NCBI GenBank assembly: GCA_049999805.1
Contig: JBNGIO010006279.1
Coordinates: 342,485 to 375,611 of the forward strand
From: Folioceros fuciformis
Lineage: Eukaryota
Length of the DNA stretch: 33,127 nt
Reading direction: 5' to 3'
Of the stretch, positions 1-10,159 are shown piece after piece. The position numbers and the translations under genes were made by a program. The notes under the pieces were generated by a model. That model ran no database searches, was not told where the DNA came from, and worked only from the letters and a program-made list of their open reading frames with translations. Every line of letters starts with the position of its first letter. Position 1 is the stretch's first letter.

Positions 1-2
1 GC

Positions 3-791
3 CATGCCAAGAAGCAGGCTACAGTGTACATTCCTCCAGGAGTAGTCCACATGGGGAACGACACCAGCGGTGGGCAATTCTGTTGGGACAACGAGTACCC
101 GCCACACGAGAGCAGGGTGGATCATCCCTTTGTGGTGAGCAGCAGGCCAGTATCCATCTCCGACTTCCGCACCTTCGTGCTCCTGAACGGCTACCAGCAG
201 ATGCGTTTCTGGAGGGAGGAGGAGTGCAGCTGCTTCCATGGAAAGGGTGTGAAGTGCCCCGCAACATGGTCGCTGCTGGACGGCGACTTCTGGGTCCACT
301 CTCCGTCTTCGTCGCAGCATTGGAGTGAGGTTGCCAGTGAGCCGGTGTTTGTGAGCCTGGCGGAAGCCATGGCCTACTGCGCCTGGGCCGGGGCCAGGAT
401 CATGACTCAGGCCGAGTATCACCGCATCCTGGACGTGGTGGACGCGGACTTTGAGCGACAGGAGAGGAAGCGTATGGTGCAGAGGGGTAACGTATATCGC
501 AGTGATTATGGTAATAACAGCGGGGTGAACGGAGCTGGGGGGGCAAGGATAGAGCAGATTCGTACAGGTGGGTGGGAGTGGACAAGTTCCGTCTTTGAAC
601 CATTCCCTGGATTCCAGCCGATGGTAGAGTACCCTGAATATTCTGCCGATTTCTTTGATGGTGAGCACTACGTTCTCAAAGGATCTTCCCCAGTGACCCA
701 TCCTTCCATGTCTAGGGATTCTTTCAACAATTTCTATCAGCGGCTTTATCCTTACGTATTTGCCAAGTTCAGGTGTTGTTTTGATTTGTAG
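3..791 (+). CDS. 3' part of an ergothioneine biosynthesis sulfoxide synthase (Egt1/EgtB-like); C-terminal FGE-sulfatase domain, 5' end outside the window
   Basis: The frame is open from base 3 to TAG at 789-791. Motifs WDNEYPPH, SRPVSISDF, EPVFVSLAEAMAYCAWAGARIMTQAEY, WEWTSS..PFPGFQPM..YPEYSADFFDG.HYVLKGSS..TH and SFNNFYQRLYPY..KFRC match the EgtB/Egt1 FGE-like C-terminus. No methyltransferase follows, unlike OvoA. Confidence 0.8.
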   Translation, partial: HAKKQATVYIPPGVVHMGNDTSGGQFCWDNEYPPHESRVDHPFVVSSRPVSISDFRTFVLLNGYQQMRFWREEECSCFHGKGVKCPATWSLLDGDFWVHSPSSSQHWSEVASEPVFVSLAEAMAYCAWAGARIMTQAEYHRILDVVDADFERQERKRMVQRGNVYRSDYGNNSGVNGAGGARIEQIRTGGWEWTSSVFEPFPGFQPMVEYPEYSADFFDGEHYVLKGSSPVTHPSMSRDSFNNFYQRLYPYVFAKFRCCFDL

Positions 792-1069
792 GTGCATCAG
801 TTTTTGCTACTTCCTCGTCGCATCTCTTTGTTGCACAACTTGTGCAGCTGTGCAGACTATCTACGTGTTTGTAAGAAGCAAATTGAAGTGCATTGCACTT
901 GTTAATCAAATGGTGTAGTATCCCGAAGGATTCACCGTCAGTTTGTAGCAACCATCACGTCTGTTGCAGTGCATATTCAAAGTCAGAACCGATCCTCCAC
1001 ACGACTGTTCACTTGACCAGTTTCAAATCTGTCAACAACTGGTGGATGCGTGGAGGTAAAGAATCCTTG

Positions 1070-2193
1070 TCAACAATCCGCCTTCCTGAGAACTCTCTCC
1101 AGGAAAGTACCGACCACGTCTGAAGCTTGCTTCTCTAACGTTTCTTGAGTGATCTCTCTTTGCTTCAACACCTGCTTGCCAACTTTGAACGAGTGATCCC
1201 CGCCTTCTACGATGAAGACCTCGTTCAGACCCGTCATGGAGGCTCGGACATGGTCAAGCTTGTCCACAGGACACATGGGGTCCTTGCTTCCCTGGATGAA
1301 CAGGATCGGAAGTGAAAGATCCAGTAATGTCGAGTCCCGGAGAACTCCATTCGCACCCTGCCAACTCCCGGACCTATCAGCGTCTTGCAGAACTTTCGTG
1401 CTGCTCGCATTCAAGGAGCACAGAACTGTACGCAAGCAAAGGCGGAACAACCTTCAGAGGATAACCCAGACACACTACAGCCGCGACACCAGCCTGTTCA
1501 TTAGCCGCAACCATGCAACTCACCCTGTCGTCAAACCAATTCTGCAGCTGAGAATTGTGATTCAAGGAGGATGCGAGGTGCAGAGAAGACCAATATGAAA
1601 TACGAGCACAAAACCTGGAGCCCATGGACTTTCCAACCAGCACCACGGGATGTCCAGGATGCCTAGAAGCAGCCTTCTTTACTTGAGCAAGGTGGAAATC
1701 CACCAGCTTTTCAGCTTTAGGCGGAGCCCCACGCTTACCTCCAGCCAGATCTGCCACAGATGCACGTTGTCAGACACCTCATCCCCCAGCCCTGCCCTCA
1801 CGCATCACTTCCCGTGTGCACATTGAGGTTACATGGGTAATCGAAGGTAACAACCTCCACCGCGTTGGTAGCAGCGTTCAACAGCTCCGACCACCTGCTT
1901 GTAATCAAACATCAGGCACCCGCAGAGAAATATCCCATCGCCCCAGCAAGTCCTGACACTCACCTGATCATCCAGGGCGAGGACGAGGAAGCCCCAGCCC
2001 CATGTGCGAAAACCAGCAACGGAGTAGCATTGGCATGACCATCGCCATCCCCGTCACCATCACCATCACCCACCATAACCTGATCAAAGCAAACCTTGCT
2101 GCCCCCGGGCTGTGACTCATCATCGTGGTCTGAGCTGAGACGTGTGCGCTTCTCAGTCACGGCAACAGCACCTCTTTTTCTTTTAGAAGGCAT
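1070..2193 (-). CDS. KANSL3/TEX30-like alpha/beta hydrolase, 5 exons (2193-1964, 1894-1833, 1750-1615, 1524-1452, 1357-1070), about 262 aa
   Basis: Motifs LVFAHGAGA, TFDYPY, nucleophile elbow GKSMGSR, CLGYPL, LFIQGSKD and GGDHSF. All four introns are GT-AG and the exon phases join into one open frame. Confidence 0.85.
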
Positions 2194-2481
2194 GGCTGGA
2201 AAGTACGAAAGGCCCCACGACAAACGCAAGCTCTGACGACGAGAGGAATGTTAGGACTTGCAGCTGGGGAGCAGGCAGGTTGAGTGAGATGGGGGCACCA
2301 CGTCAAGGAAAAGGGGCTGCGATCGCAACGGTCACGGACTTGCACATGTTCGATGCAAGGTGTCAAGAGGAGAGCTTGTTAGAGTCGGTAAGATTGTGAT
2401 TGTTGTTGATCTGTTTGTTCCCTGGAAGAAGTTGTTGGTTTGTGCTACTGAGAGGAGAGGGCGGCGGTGGCAGGCACCAAG

Positions 2482-2713
2482 GCCAGGCGCTATTCGTCAC
2501 TACAAAGTAATTGAAGGAACGAAACCCGAAGCGCCAGGTCGTCATGGTCATATCTTTGTTTGCATCATGCTAAGCGCAAAGTCACCGTGGTGTCCATGAT
2601 CTGAGCTCTAATAACAGAGTGAATGGCCGTAATGTATGCCGTTCCGGATCACTGTAATCTCACTGCCGTAAGCGTAACTTGTAACCGTAACTGTTTGTAT
2701 TCCAGCTGTATAC
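2482..2713 (+). repeat. Left TIR of the MULE
   Basis: Its reverse complement matches 6778-6995 with scattered mismatches and small indels. Confidence 0.92.
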
Positions 2714-3755
2714 AGCACAAATACCTGGCGCGAGTTACTTGACCCTTATACCTCACAACTCGTATCCAGTTACATTGCGTGGTTGCTTGTGTTTTGAGAG
2801 GACAGCGTAGTAGTGCGCACTGAAAGCAGGCTTCATAGTTCACGCTCCATAGTGCGCGATGAAGATTGATCTCCAAGCAGTGATCCCTCAGTAGGAAGAG
2901 GATGAACCTATGCAACTCGGTTATGTGCCGCTGCACATTGTTGTTGAGGATTATGATTTTATGAGGTTGACTCGGGAAGAGTTCAGTATGAAAGAAGTGA
3001 GAGAAAAGCCTCAACTTTGCTTAGAAGGTTGCAAGGAAGGCATTTCTTTTGCCTCTTCTCCATTAACAGAGCCACTGCTCACCATCTTGCAAGCGTTATT
3101 ATTTTACAAGTTGATGCAGTGTATGTGCAGGACTTGTTTCCAACCATTTCAAAGCTAGGGAGCACACTAGTTAGACCACACTTAGGAAAACCATGTTGTG
3201 CTAACAGCCCAAGAACACCAAGCATTAAAGGTATGTCCTTAGGTGTCCTGGACACAGCCATACTCACATCTTCTCATGCAAACATGAATTTATAACTAGC
3301 AAACAAGCCTTTGTCATTGTCTACTGCTCTTGTCATTTGCTTCTGCTTATCCATAGTAGGGGCTATAGTGATAATGTCCCTCCTAACTACCACCCTTGTC
3401 ACTATTTCTCTTATATTTTCCCTTGTAGGCATGGCATTGTGCTAGCTTTTGTAAGACTTTTCCACATTCTGTATTTTAAACACGAAAGATGTGGCTTAAA
3501 GCGGAAGTGTCTTTCATCCATCATGTAATAAAAAAAATGGTATATGTACACACATTCATGATTCCAGCAAGCAATAAGAAAATGGTTCGATATATACATA
3601 TATATATTCCAATACCAAATCTATGGCTTAAAGTAGCAGCATCTTTTTTTTTAATTCCATGTCATCACAAAATGGTTTATGTACACACATTCATGATTCC
3701 GTAAGTAATAATGAAACTACTTAGTACGATATACCAATGCCAAATCTATTAAAAA

Positions 3756-6508
3756 CTATGCTTCATGTGTGTTTGTTCCTAGCAGATGCATGCTCCATAC
3801 TTCAGGTATGTCAGTTCCAACAGCTACACATTCCATGAATGATCGCTCTACACGTTCCATGAATGATCGCTCGTTCTTCAGCTTAGAAAGCTTCCAACTA
3901 CTTTTCGTTTCCCAAAATGCAAGCTTTCTTTTTAAGATGTTATCAGAATTGGTAGGATCAACCAAGGTAGGAAGTATAGGCAACATGGTCTTGGCTTCTA
4001 CCTTTGCTCTCAATCCCTCTAGCTGCCTAATCAATTGTTGGAATAAAGCTACTACATGTTGTTGCAAAAAAGACCACTTTTGTAACGTGGTTATTGACTG
4101 TTGGCACAAAAGTTTCCATGTTTGGACTCGCATCTACTAATTGGCCTACTGCTTGTGTGCATGAATGGTTCACTATGTGCAAGAAGGTAGTTGCACCTTG
4201 CCTTGCAGCTACAACCCCTTTGTTATGACATATAAACTTTTTCTAGAAGTCTATGCTTGCATCTTCATTAATGGACATGCCAAGTTGTTGACAATGTGTT
4301 TGAGCTTGGGCAACCTTAGAGTACTTGACAAGTAACTTGTGAGTGGGGACTACATTGTCCATTGCCATCATGACCATCAATTGGTGCTTGCACATGAAGC
4401 CTCTTGTCCTATGCTTGCATGCGCAATAACCCAATGGTGTTCCCGCGCCACTTGCTGTATACATACACACTCTTCCATGATCTTGACTTCGCACATAAGC
4501 AAGGCTAGGAGATACTATGTTTGGCAACAATACATCAGGAGATACTATGTTTGGCAACAATACATCACTGTCTGCAATGCATAGAGCCTTTTGAAAGGCG
4601 CTCTTTACTATTTGCTCTTGCTTTCAGTTCCTATGCCTGCCAGCTCCTTTACATTGTGCCACACACCAAAAATGTCTATTCACTTCCTCAAAGTAAATGT
4701 GCATAAGCACAGTCTAAACACCGACTACGTAGGGTTTTTTTGGATAGCAAGCTTCTGTACTTCATATGCTTGTGCTATGCCTCAATAGATGAATTGCAAT
4801 CTTGTTCTACATGTGACATTGTACGCACAGCTTTAATCTACTGATGCATGTTACAACCCCACTGGTCCATAAAGTACTTGACAAAACTAGGAGCATGCTC
4901 ACAAAAGGTATCATTGAAGTGTACCAATTTTTTTGTGCAGGCTTGCTTCACATCGACACTCTCATCAAAGTCCATATGCATAATGTCACCCAAGCGCTTC
5001 ATAATGGTATGTCTTATGTGGGGTTCCTTTACCTTTTTCAGTAGCTGCTGTAACCAGGCTCTCTTAACATTCCTTTACCTTTTTCAGTAGCTGCTGTAAC
5101 CAGGCTCTCTTAACATGCCACAGGCATAAAAAGATTTGCACAGATGTTCCAAACATAGCTTGGATGACATTGATTTTTGCCATACAATCATCTACAAGAA
5201 AAGCATTGGGTTGCCATGTAGACTGATGTTGTACCATCTTCTCATGCAAGAAATGCAACCACTGTGAAATAGCATATGATGTGGCCTTACTTGTGACAAC
5301 CCAAGCCACAAGAAAGGCATTGAAGTGGTCATCAAATACCAAAACTCTGAAGAGTTGGAACTTCCATTTGTTAGTGCCAAATGTGGCATCCATAGCAATG
5401 ATCGAGTTGTGACCCCAATAGAGCATTTTCTGCATTCGGAAATCACTCTGGATGCCTAGCATGAAGCCTATGGCATTGTCTTCTATTCCTGGTAGTGGAT
5501 TCATATCTATGGATATCCATCCATAACTTAACACTTACCTCATCTCATGCATGGGAACGCCACACCCTGGTATCAAGTTCAGCTTGTAAATTCCTAATGT
5601 CACTAAGAAGGAGAAAACCATCCCTCCGAAGCACTCCTTGTGGATCACCTTGCTTTTGTAAGAAAACATCCAACTTATGATCTTTCATGATTTGAAAGCC
5701 AATGTCTTGCACAACAACTTGTAATTCACCCATTCCTTTTTGGCCACATATAAGTAAGGAACCATATTGCAATTTGGACTTGAGTTCATGGTAAGTGCTC
5801 CATGATAATACTACCATGTGGTACTTCACCCATTCCTTTTTGGCCACATATAAGTAAGGAACCAGATTGCAATTTGGACTTGAGTTCATGGTAAGTGCTC
5901 CATGATAATACTACTATGTGGTACTTCACCCATTCCTTTTTGGCCACATATAAGTAAGGAACCAGATTGCAATTTGGACTTGAGTTCATGGTAAGTGCTC
6001 CATGATAATACTACCATGTGGTACTTCACCCATTCCTTTTTGGCCACATATAAGTAAGGAACCAGATTGCAATTTGGACTTGAGTCATGGTAAGTGCTCC
6101 ATGATAATACTACCATGTGGAATGATGTGGTGTGCTTCATGTAATCGTAATTCAGCTACATAGGGAACATTTCAAGTTGGCTAACAAATACCAAAAATTG
6201 GCATCCACGCTTCTTACTCTCTCCACACATCACCTTAGCGTGCCTAATGCCAACACATGTCTTTGGTTTGTTAGTGAGATTAGCACAAATGTATGATTCC
6301 ATGAAATTGTATTTTCGGGACAAAAACACAACTGAATTTCATATAATGGCAAGGAGTGGTTGGAGAGATTGCATTTTGCCTGATGCTTGACCATGTCCAA
6401 ACGTTCACCCTTACCAACTTCATTCGAAAGAATTTTGATGCCTCCTCCCCAGCGATGAAATCTACATATCGAACTTTCTTCCTGACTGTGTGCACAGCAT
6501 CTTGCCAT
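3756..6508 (-). pseudogene. MULE transposase pseudogene (DDE core plus SWIM zinc finger)
   Basis: 5064-5534 encodes IAMDATFGTN...LVFDDH...VAWVVT...FLVDD...FLCLWHVKRAW. 4243-4560 encodes the SWIM motif CACK...MCKH. The frame is broken by stops, frameshifts and tandem duplications. Outer limits are approximate. Confidence 0.85.
5725..6120. repeat. Tandem repeat, 100-bp unit, about 4 near-identical copies, inside the transposase
   Basis: CATTCCTTTTTGGCCACATATAAG recurs at 5731, 5831, 5931 and 6031. Confidence 0.95.
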
Positions 6509-6777
6509 TGAGAAAGGTCCTAGGCCAGTAGTCTAAACAATGAAAGGGCAACGTTTGTGGCTCAATGAGAGCATCTGCATTTCTACACCCAACTTCCATC
6601 AACCCGATTGTTCAAGTTCACTCAATCGAAGCACTCAATTGTGCACGCCGCTTGGGTGTGCACGTTGCTTCAGACGCAGTTCGGAATAGCAACATGGGCG
6701 GGATGCCTTGCATTTGTGGCTAAGAACATTTGAAAGGTAGTTGCGGTGTCTCCTCTTCAAATTTCCGCGCTATAGAG

Positions 6778-7092
6778 GTATACAGCTAGAATACAAACAG
6801 TTACGGTTACGCTGCAGTGAGATTGCAATGATCCGGAACGGCATGCATTACGGCCAGGCACTCTGTTATTAGAGCTCAGATTATGGACACTGTGACTTTG
6901 CGCTTAGAATGATGCAAACAAAGACATGACCATGACTACCTGGCGATTCGGGTTTCGTGCCTTCAATTACTTTGTAGTGACGAATAGCGCCTGGCTGCGC
7001 TTAGCATGATGCAAACAAAGACATGACCATGTCGACCTGGCGCTTCGGGTTTCGTGCGTTCAATTACTTTGTAGTGACGAATAGTGCCTGGC
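6778..7092 (-). repeat. Right TIR of the MULE, with its terminal 97 bp tandemly duplicated (6899-6995 and 6996-7092)
   Basis: Direct comparison with the left TIR. Confidence 0.92.
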
Positions 7093-8261
7093 GGCACCAA
7101 GAGACCTGTCAGACAGGAGGAGTCGGAGAGGAATCCTTGCAGAGAGGGTTTAACATATTTTAATGGTCCTCCAAGTTGGCCGGTGTTGTTGGTGAGGTGG
7201 TGGGAGGATGTGCTGGCCAGCGGCTAGTGCTATCCACAAGTGTTTCGTCCCACGTGGGCAATGCTACTGTAACGCAACATTCCAGGCTTGGCAGCTTTGG
7301 GCCGTGCATGTTGCCATTTGATGAGATATGTGATGGGTGGCAACTTGGTGCTGACACGCTTTTCGCTGTGACCGCGATGGGCCTGCCGCCTGGGCCATGA
7401 ACCGTCCCACTTCCACACGCCTAATTTGTCCTTGCCTCCCTCCTTGTGCGGAATGTATGATGCGGCTTCCAGCTTGTGGCCAATGGCCTCCGGCCACAGG
7501 CTACGTGAACCTATTCCCGAACCTTTCGAGAGGTGGGTCACCAGACTGCCCGCCAATCTCCGGCCAAGAGTCGCAATCCCTGTTTCACAAACATGAGGCA
7601 AGGCTCTCATGCTTCTGCACTGCTGTGTCACGCCTTGGTGAGCTCTCACGAGGTAAGGTGAGGTGAAGTGAAGTGAAGCTTGCCTTCTGCTGCCTTGAGG
7701 CGGCGGCCTTCCAGAGTGAAGGCTGAATCTGTCAGCAAGTCTTGCTGCTGTACCGTGGTGTGCCGTGTGCCCTTTTATGGAGCCCGGTAGATGAAGATCC
7801 ACTTACGCACACATGGTCGACAGTATGGATTCATGACCCGGGCTCAGCAGGTGGCGGGCGAGCGGGCTTCTTGGTTCTTGGTGAGCGCCTGTATCCCTGG
7901 CAGGTTTCTGGTGAGGCCTGTGGCCGAAGGTCGTGGGCTGCGGATTTGTGGCTATTTCTGGCTTATTGCGGGTGAGGGTGGTTCTGAAGAGAGAAGGGTC
8001 GGGGTAGTGAGTGCAATGCAATGCAGGATGTCTCTCTCCCGCTGACAATGCGGCGGATCTACAGATGAATGCCTGGATGGACGGATAGATGGATGGTCCG
8101 AGACTGTGGGTTTTGTTGGGTTTTTCTCGTGACTCTGGGAGTCGGTTTCTGTGCAGATCAGAGTGTGCGTAGTGGAATGCCGCATCTCTGCTGATGGTGG
8201 GTGGAATGGTTTGGAGGAGCAGGTGCTTCCGGGCGTGTTGTTGCTGTGGGCAGCGCTTAGG

Positions 8262-9413
8262 ATGTGTCAAGTAGCTTTGATGGATGCCAAGACGAGCGGC
8301 AGTGTGGGCAGCAGCACGGAAGAGAGTGATGAGATGCCGCAGGAAATATGGTGTGGGCTGCCTCAAGAAGTGCTGGAGAGGATCCTGCTGTTTCTGCCGG
8401 TATCGAGCCTGTGCCGATTCTGCGCAGTGAGCAAGAGGTGGAAGTCTCTGATTTCATGCTTGGATTTCGTGCAAGGGCGTGAACGGGTGAATTCATCCAA
8501 GCCTTGCTTCATGTTCGCAGGGTTTATGAGAACCAAGATGTTGACCATGGTTGACAGCAGCCTTCAGGGCTTTAGCTATGAGTGGCATCCTCAGCCCAAG
8601 TTGAATTTCCTGCCCTGGCCTGTCTTCTTGGTTTCTTCCTCTGAGGGTTTGCTGTTGTGTCAGAGTCGGCAGCATGATCATCTAGTCTGCAATCCTGTCA
8701 CACGTACGTGGAGGGCCTTACCTCCTGTACCTGATTTTGGCAAGCCTGGGTTTCCTGCACGCTCATGCTTGATCACAGACGTCCAGACCAGAGCTTTCAA
8801 GCTGATTCTGGCAAGGATCTTTCGACGGGGACGCTGGTCCTTTCTGCAGGTTTATGACTCCAAGCTGGACAGCTGGGACAAACCCATTCGACCGCCTGCA
8901 GAATTCAAGTTCTCAGCTCTGGCGGGTAGTGTTCCTATCTACTACAACGGGCTGCTCTACATTTCGGGTCGGGTCCTAAACCACCTGTCATCAGAAGTGG
9001 TTCTCACCTACAGCATCGAGGAAGGCGTGTGGAGTAGACTGCAAGCCCACAACTTGCCAGGCACGCAGATAGGGGGCTTTGTCGTCTGCGCCGGCAAGCT
9101 GCTCATGCTCAGATACGATGCCGACAAACTCAGCATGCGCATCTGGGAGCTTCACCAAGCACGAAGAATGTGGATAACAGTGGTCAATGTACCTTCTGAT
9201 CTCCTGAACGAGCTCAACATCAAGGACCCAACTCAAGAAATGCGCTTTTCTGGCTTGGGTGATCTGGTGTACTTCACATCCAATCAGGTTTTCAAAGTGC
9301 TCGTCTGCGATTATTCCAGAAGGCTCTGGTTTTGGCTGACTTTGTCAGCGCCATTTGGCCACCTCATGTTCCCTGTCCTGCCATTCACCTCAAGTTTGGA
9401 TCCTCGGCTCTGA
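8262..9413 (+). CDS. F-box protein with a C-terminal kelch/FBA-like propeller; single coding exon visible
   Basis: F-box IWCGLPQEVLERILLFLPVSSLCRFCAVSKRW, then SSEGLLLC, LVCNPVTRTWRALP, FKLIL, QVYDSKLDSW and IWEL. Start is ATG 8262 or 8280; upstream exons are not excluded. Confidence 0.88.
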   Translation: MCQVALMDAKTSGSVGSSTEESDEMPQEIWCGLPQEVLERILLFLPVSSLCRFCAVSKRWKSLISCLDFVQGRERVNSSKPCFMFAGFMRTKMLTMVDSSLQGFSYEWHPQPKLNFLPWPVFLVSSSEGLLLCQSRQHDHLVCNPVTRTWRALPPVPDFGKPGFPARSCLITDVQTRAFKLILARIFRRGRWSFLQVYDSKLDSWDKPIRPPAEFKFSALAGSVPIYYNGLLYISGRVLNHLSSEVVLTYSIEEGVWSRLQAHNLPGTQIGGFVVCAGKLLMLRYDADKLSMRIWELHQARRMWITVVNVPSDLLNELNIKDPTQEMRFSGLGDLVYFTSNQVFKVLVCDYSRRLWFWLTLSAPFGHLMFPVLPFTSSLDPRL

Positions 9414-10159
9414 CTTTCCGGAGCTTGTGTTAGAACAGGACCCCATTTCTGTCGAACAGATCATTCATCTTGCTGTGTTTGACGATGCCCATTGCAACAC
9501 TCATTCTATTGGCAAATTTTTTCACAGCTTTGTGATTTGTTTTTTTTGGCGGTGGAGAACGTTTTTCAACTTTTCAATTGTCGTATTTGTTGTTTGGCAT
9601 TTCAGTTGCTTTAGTTACTTCATGCGTATTTCTATCATGGTGTCTGCTACTTTTGAGAGTGATCGATGAAAATTGTCATATTGTAGATGAATGATTTCTT
9701 TTCGTTTTGGACAAGAGATTATTTCAGAACATGGACAAATAGTCCCACAGAAAAATTTGTTGCAACAAAAGGTTTGTCAAGTTCTACTTTCAGCGCTGGC
9801 AGATCTGCCTTTATGCGTGGCAAACAAGCCATTTGTACATCTATGTGCATGCAAAACGCTAAAAACTCTGAATAACAGACATTTGATGCACATATTTCTA
9901 TGATTCGGCGTGCTAACACCGAATCATATCCAGCTTTCTCCTCCAAGTGACTGAGACGAAAAACCTCAACGCAAACGCTCACATTCCAACGTCAACACAG
10001 CCTGCCATGGGAACTTTTTATTCATCTCGACATCTCCGTATCATCTGTAGAGGACACCAACCAATTTATCACCAAGCAAAAAAGCTGCAAAACTTAGAAG
10101 CACGACAACAGGCATGATCGACGTGTCATTCAACGATATGACCAAATATATTACAAGAT

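Larger units (their letters stand above)
2482..7092. mobile_element. Mutator-like DNA transposon (MULE), decayed, probably no longer autonomous
   Basis: Terminal inverted repeats of about 220-230 bp (GCCAGGCGCTATTCG... at 2482; ...CGAATAGTGCCTGGC at 7092), a perfect 9-bp target-site duplication GGCACCAAG (2473-2481 and 7093-7101), and internal MULE transposase remnants. Confidence 0.95.

Noticed and set aside
2030-2075. (Gly-Asp)n run in hydrolase exon 1
   Set aside because: Ordinary coding microsatellite in a low-complexity linker.
5725-6120. Regularly spaced repeats resembling a CRISPR array
   Set aside because: The units are contiguous and near-identical with no unique spacers; there are no cas genes and the context is eukaryotic.
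7160-8260. Overlapping ORFs upstream of the F-box gene, including a GTG-started extension from 8151
   Set aside because: No recognisable motifs; simple repeats and a splice-donor-like GAGGTAAG suggest promoter, UTR or intron sequence.
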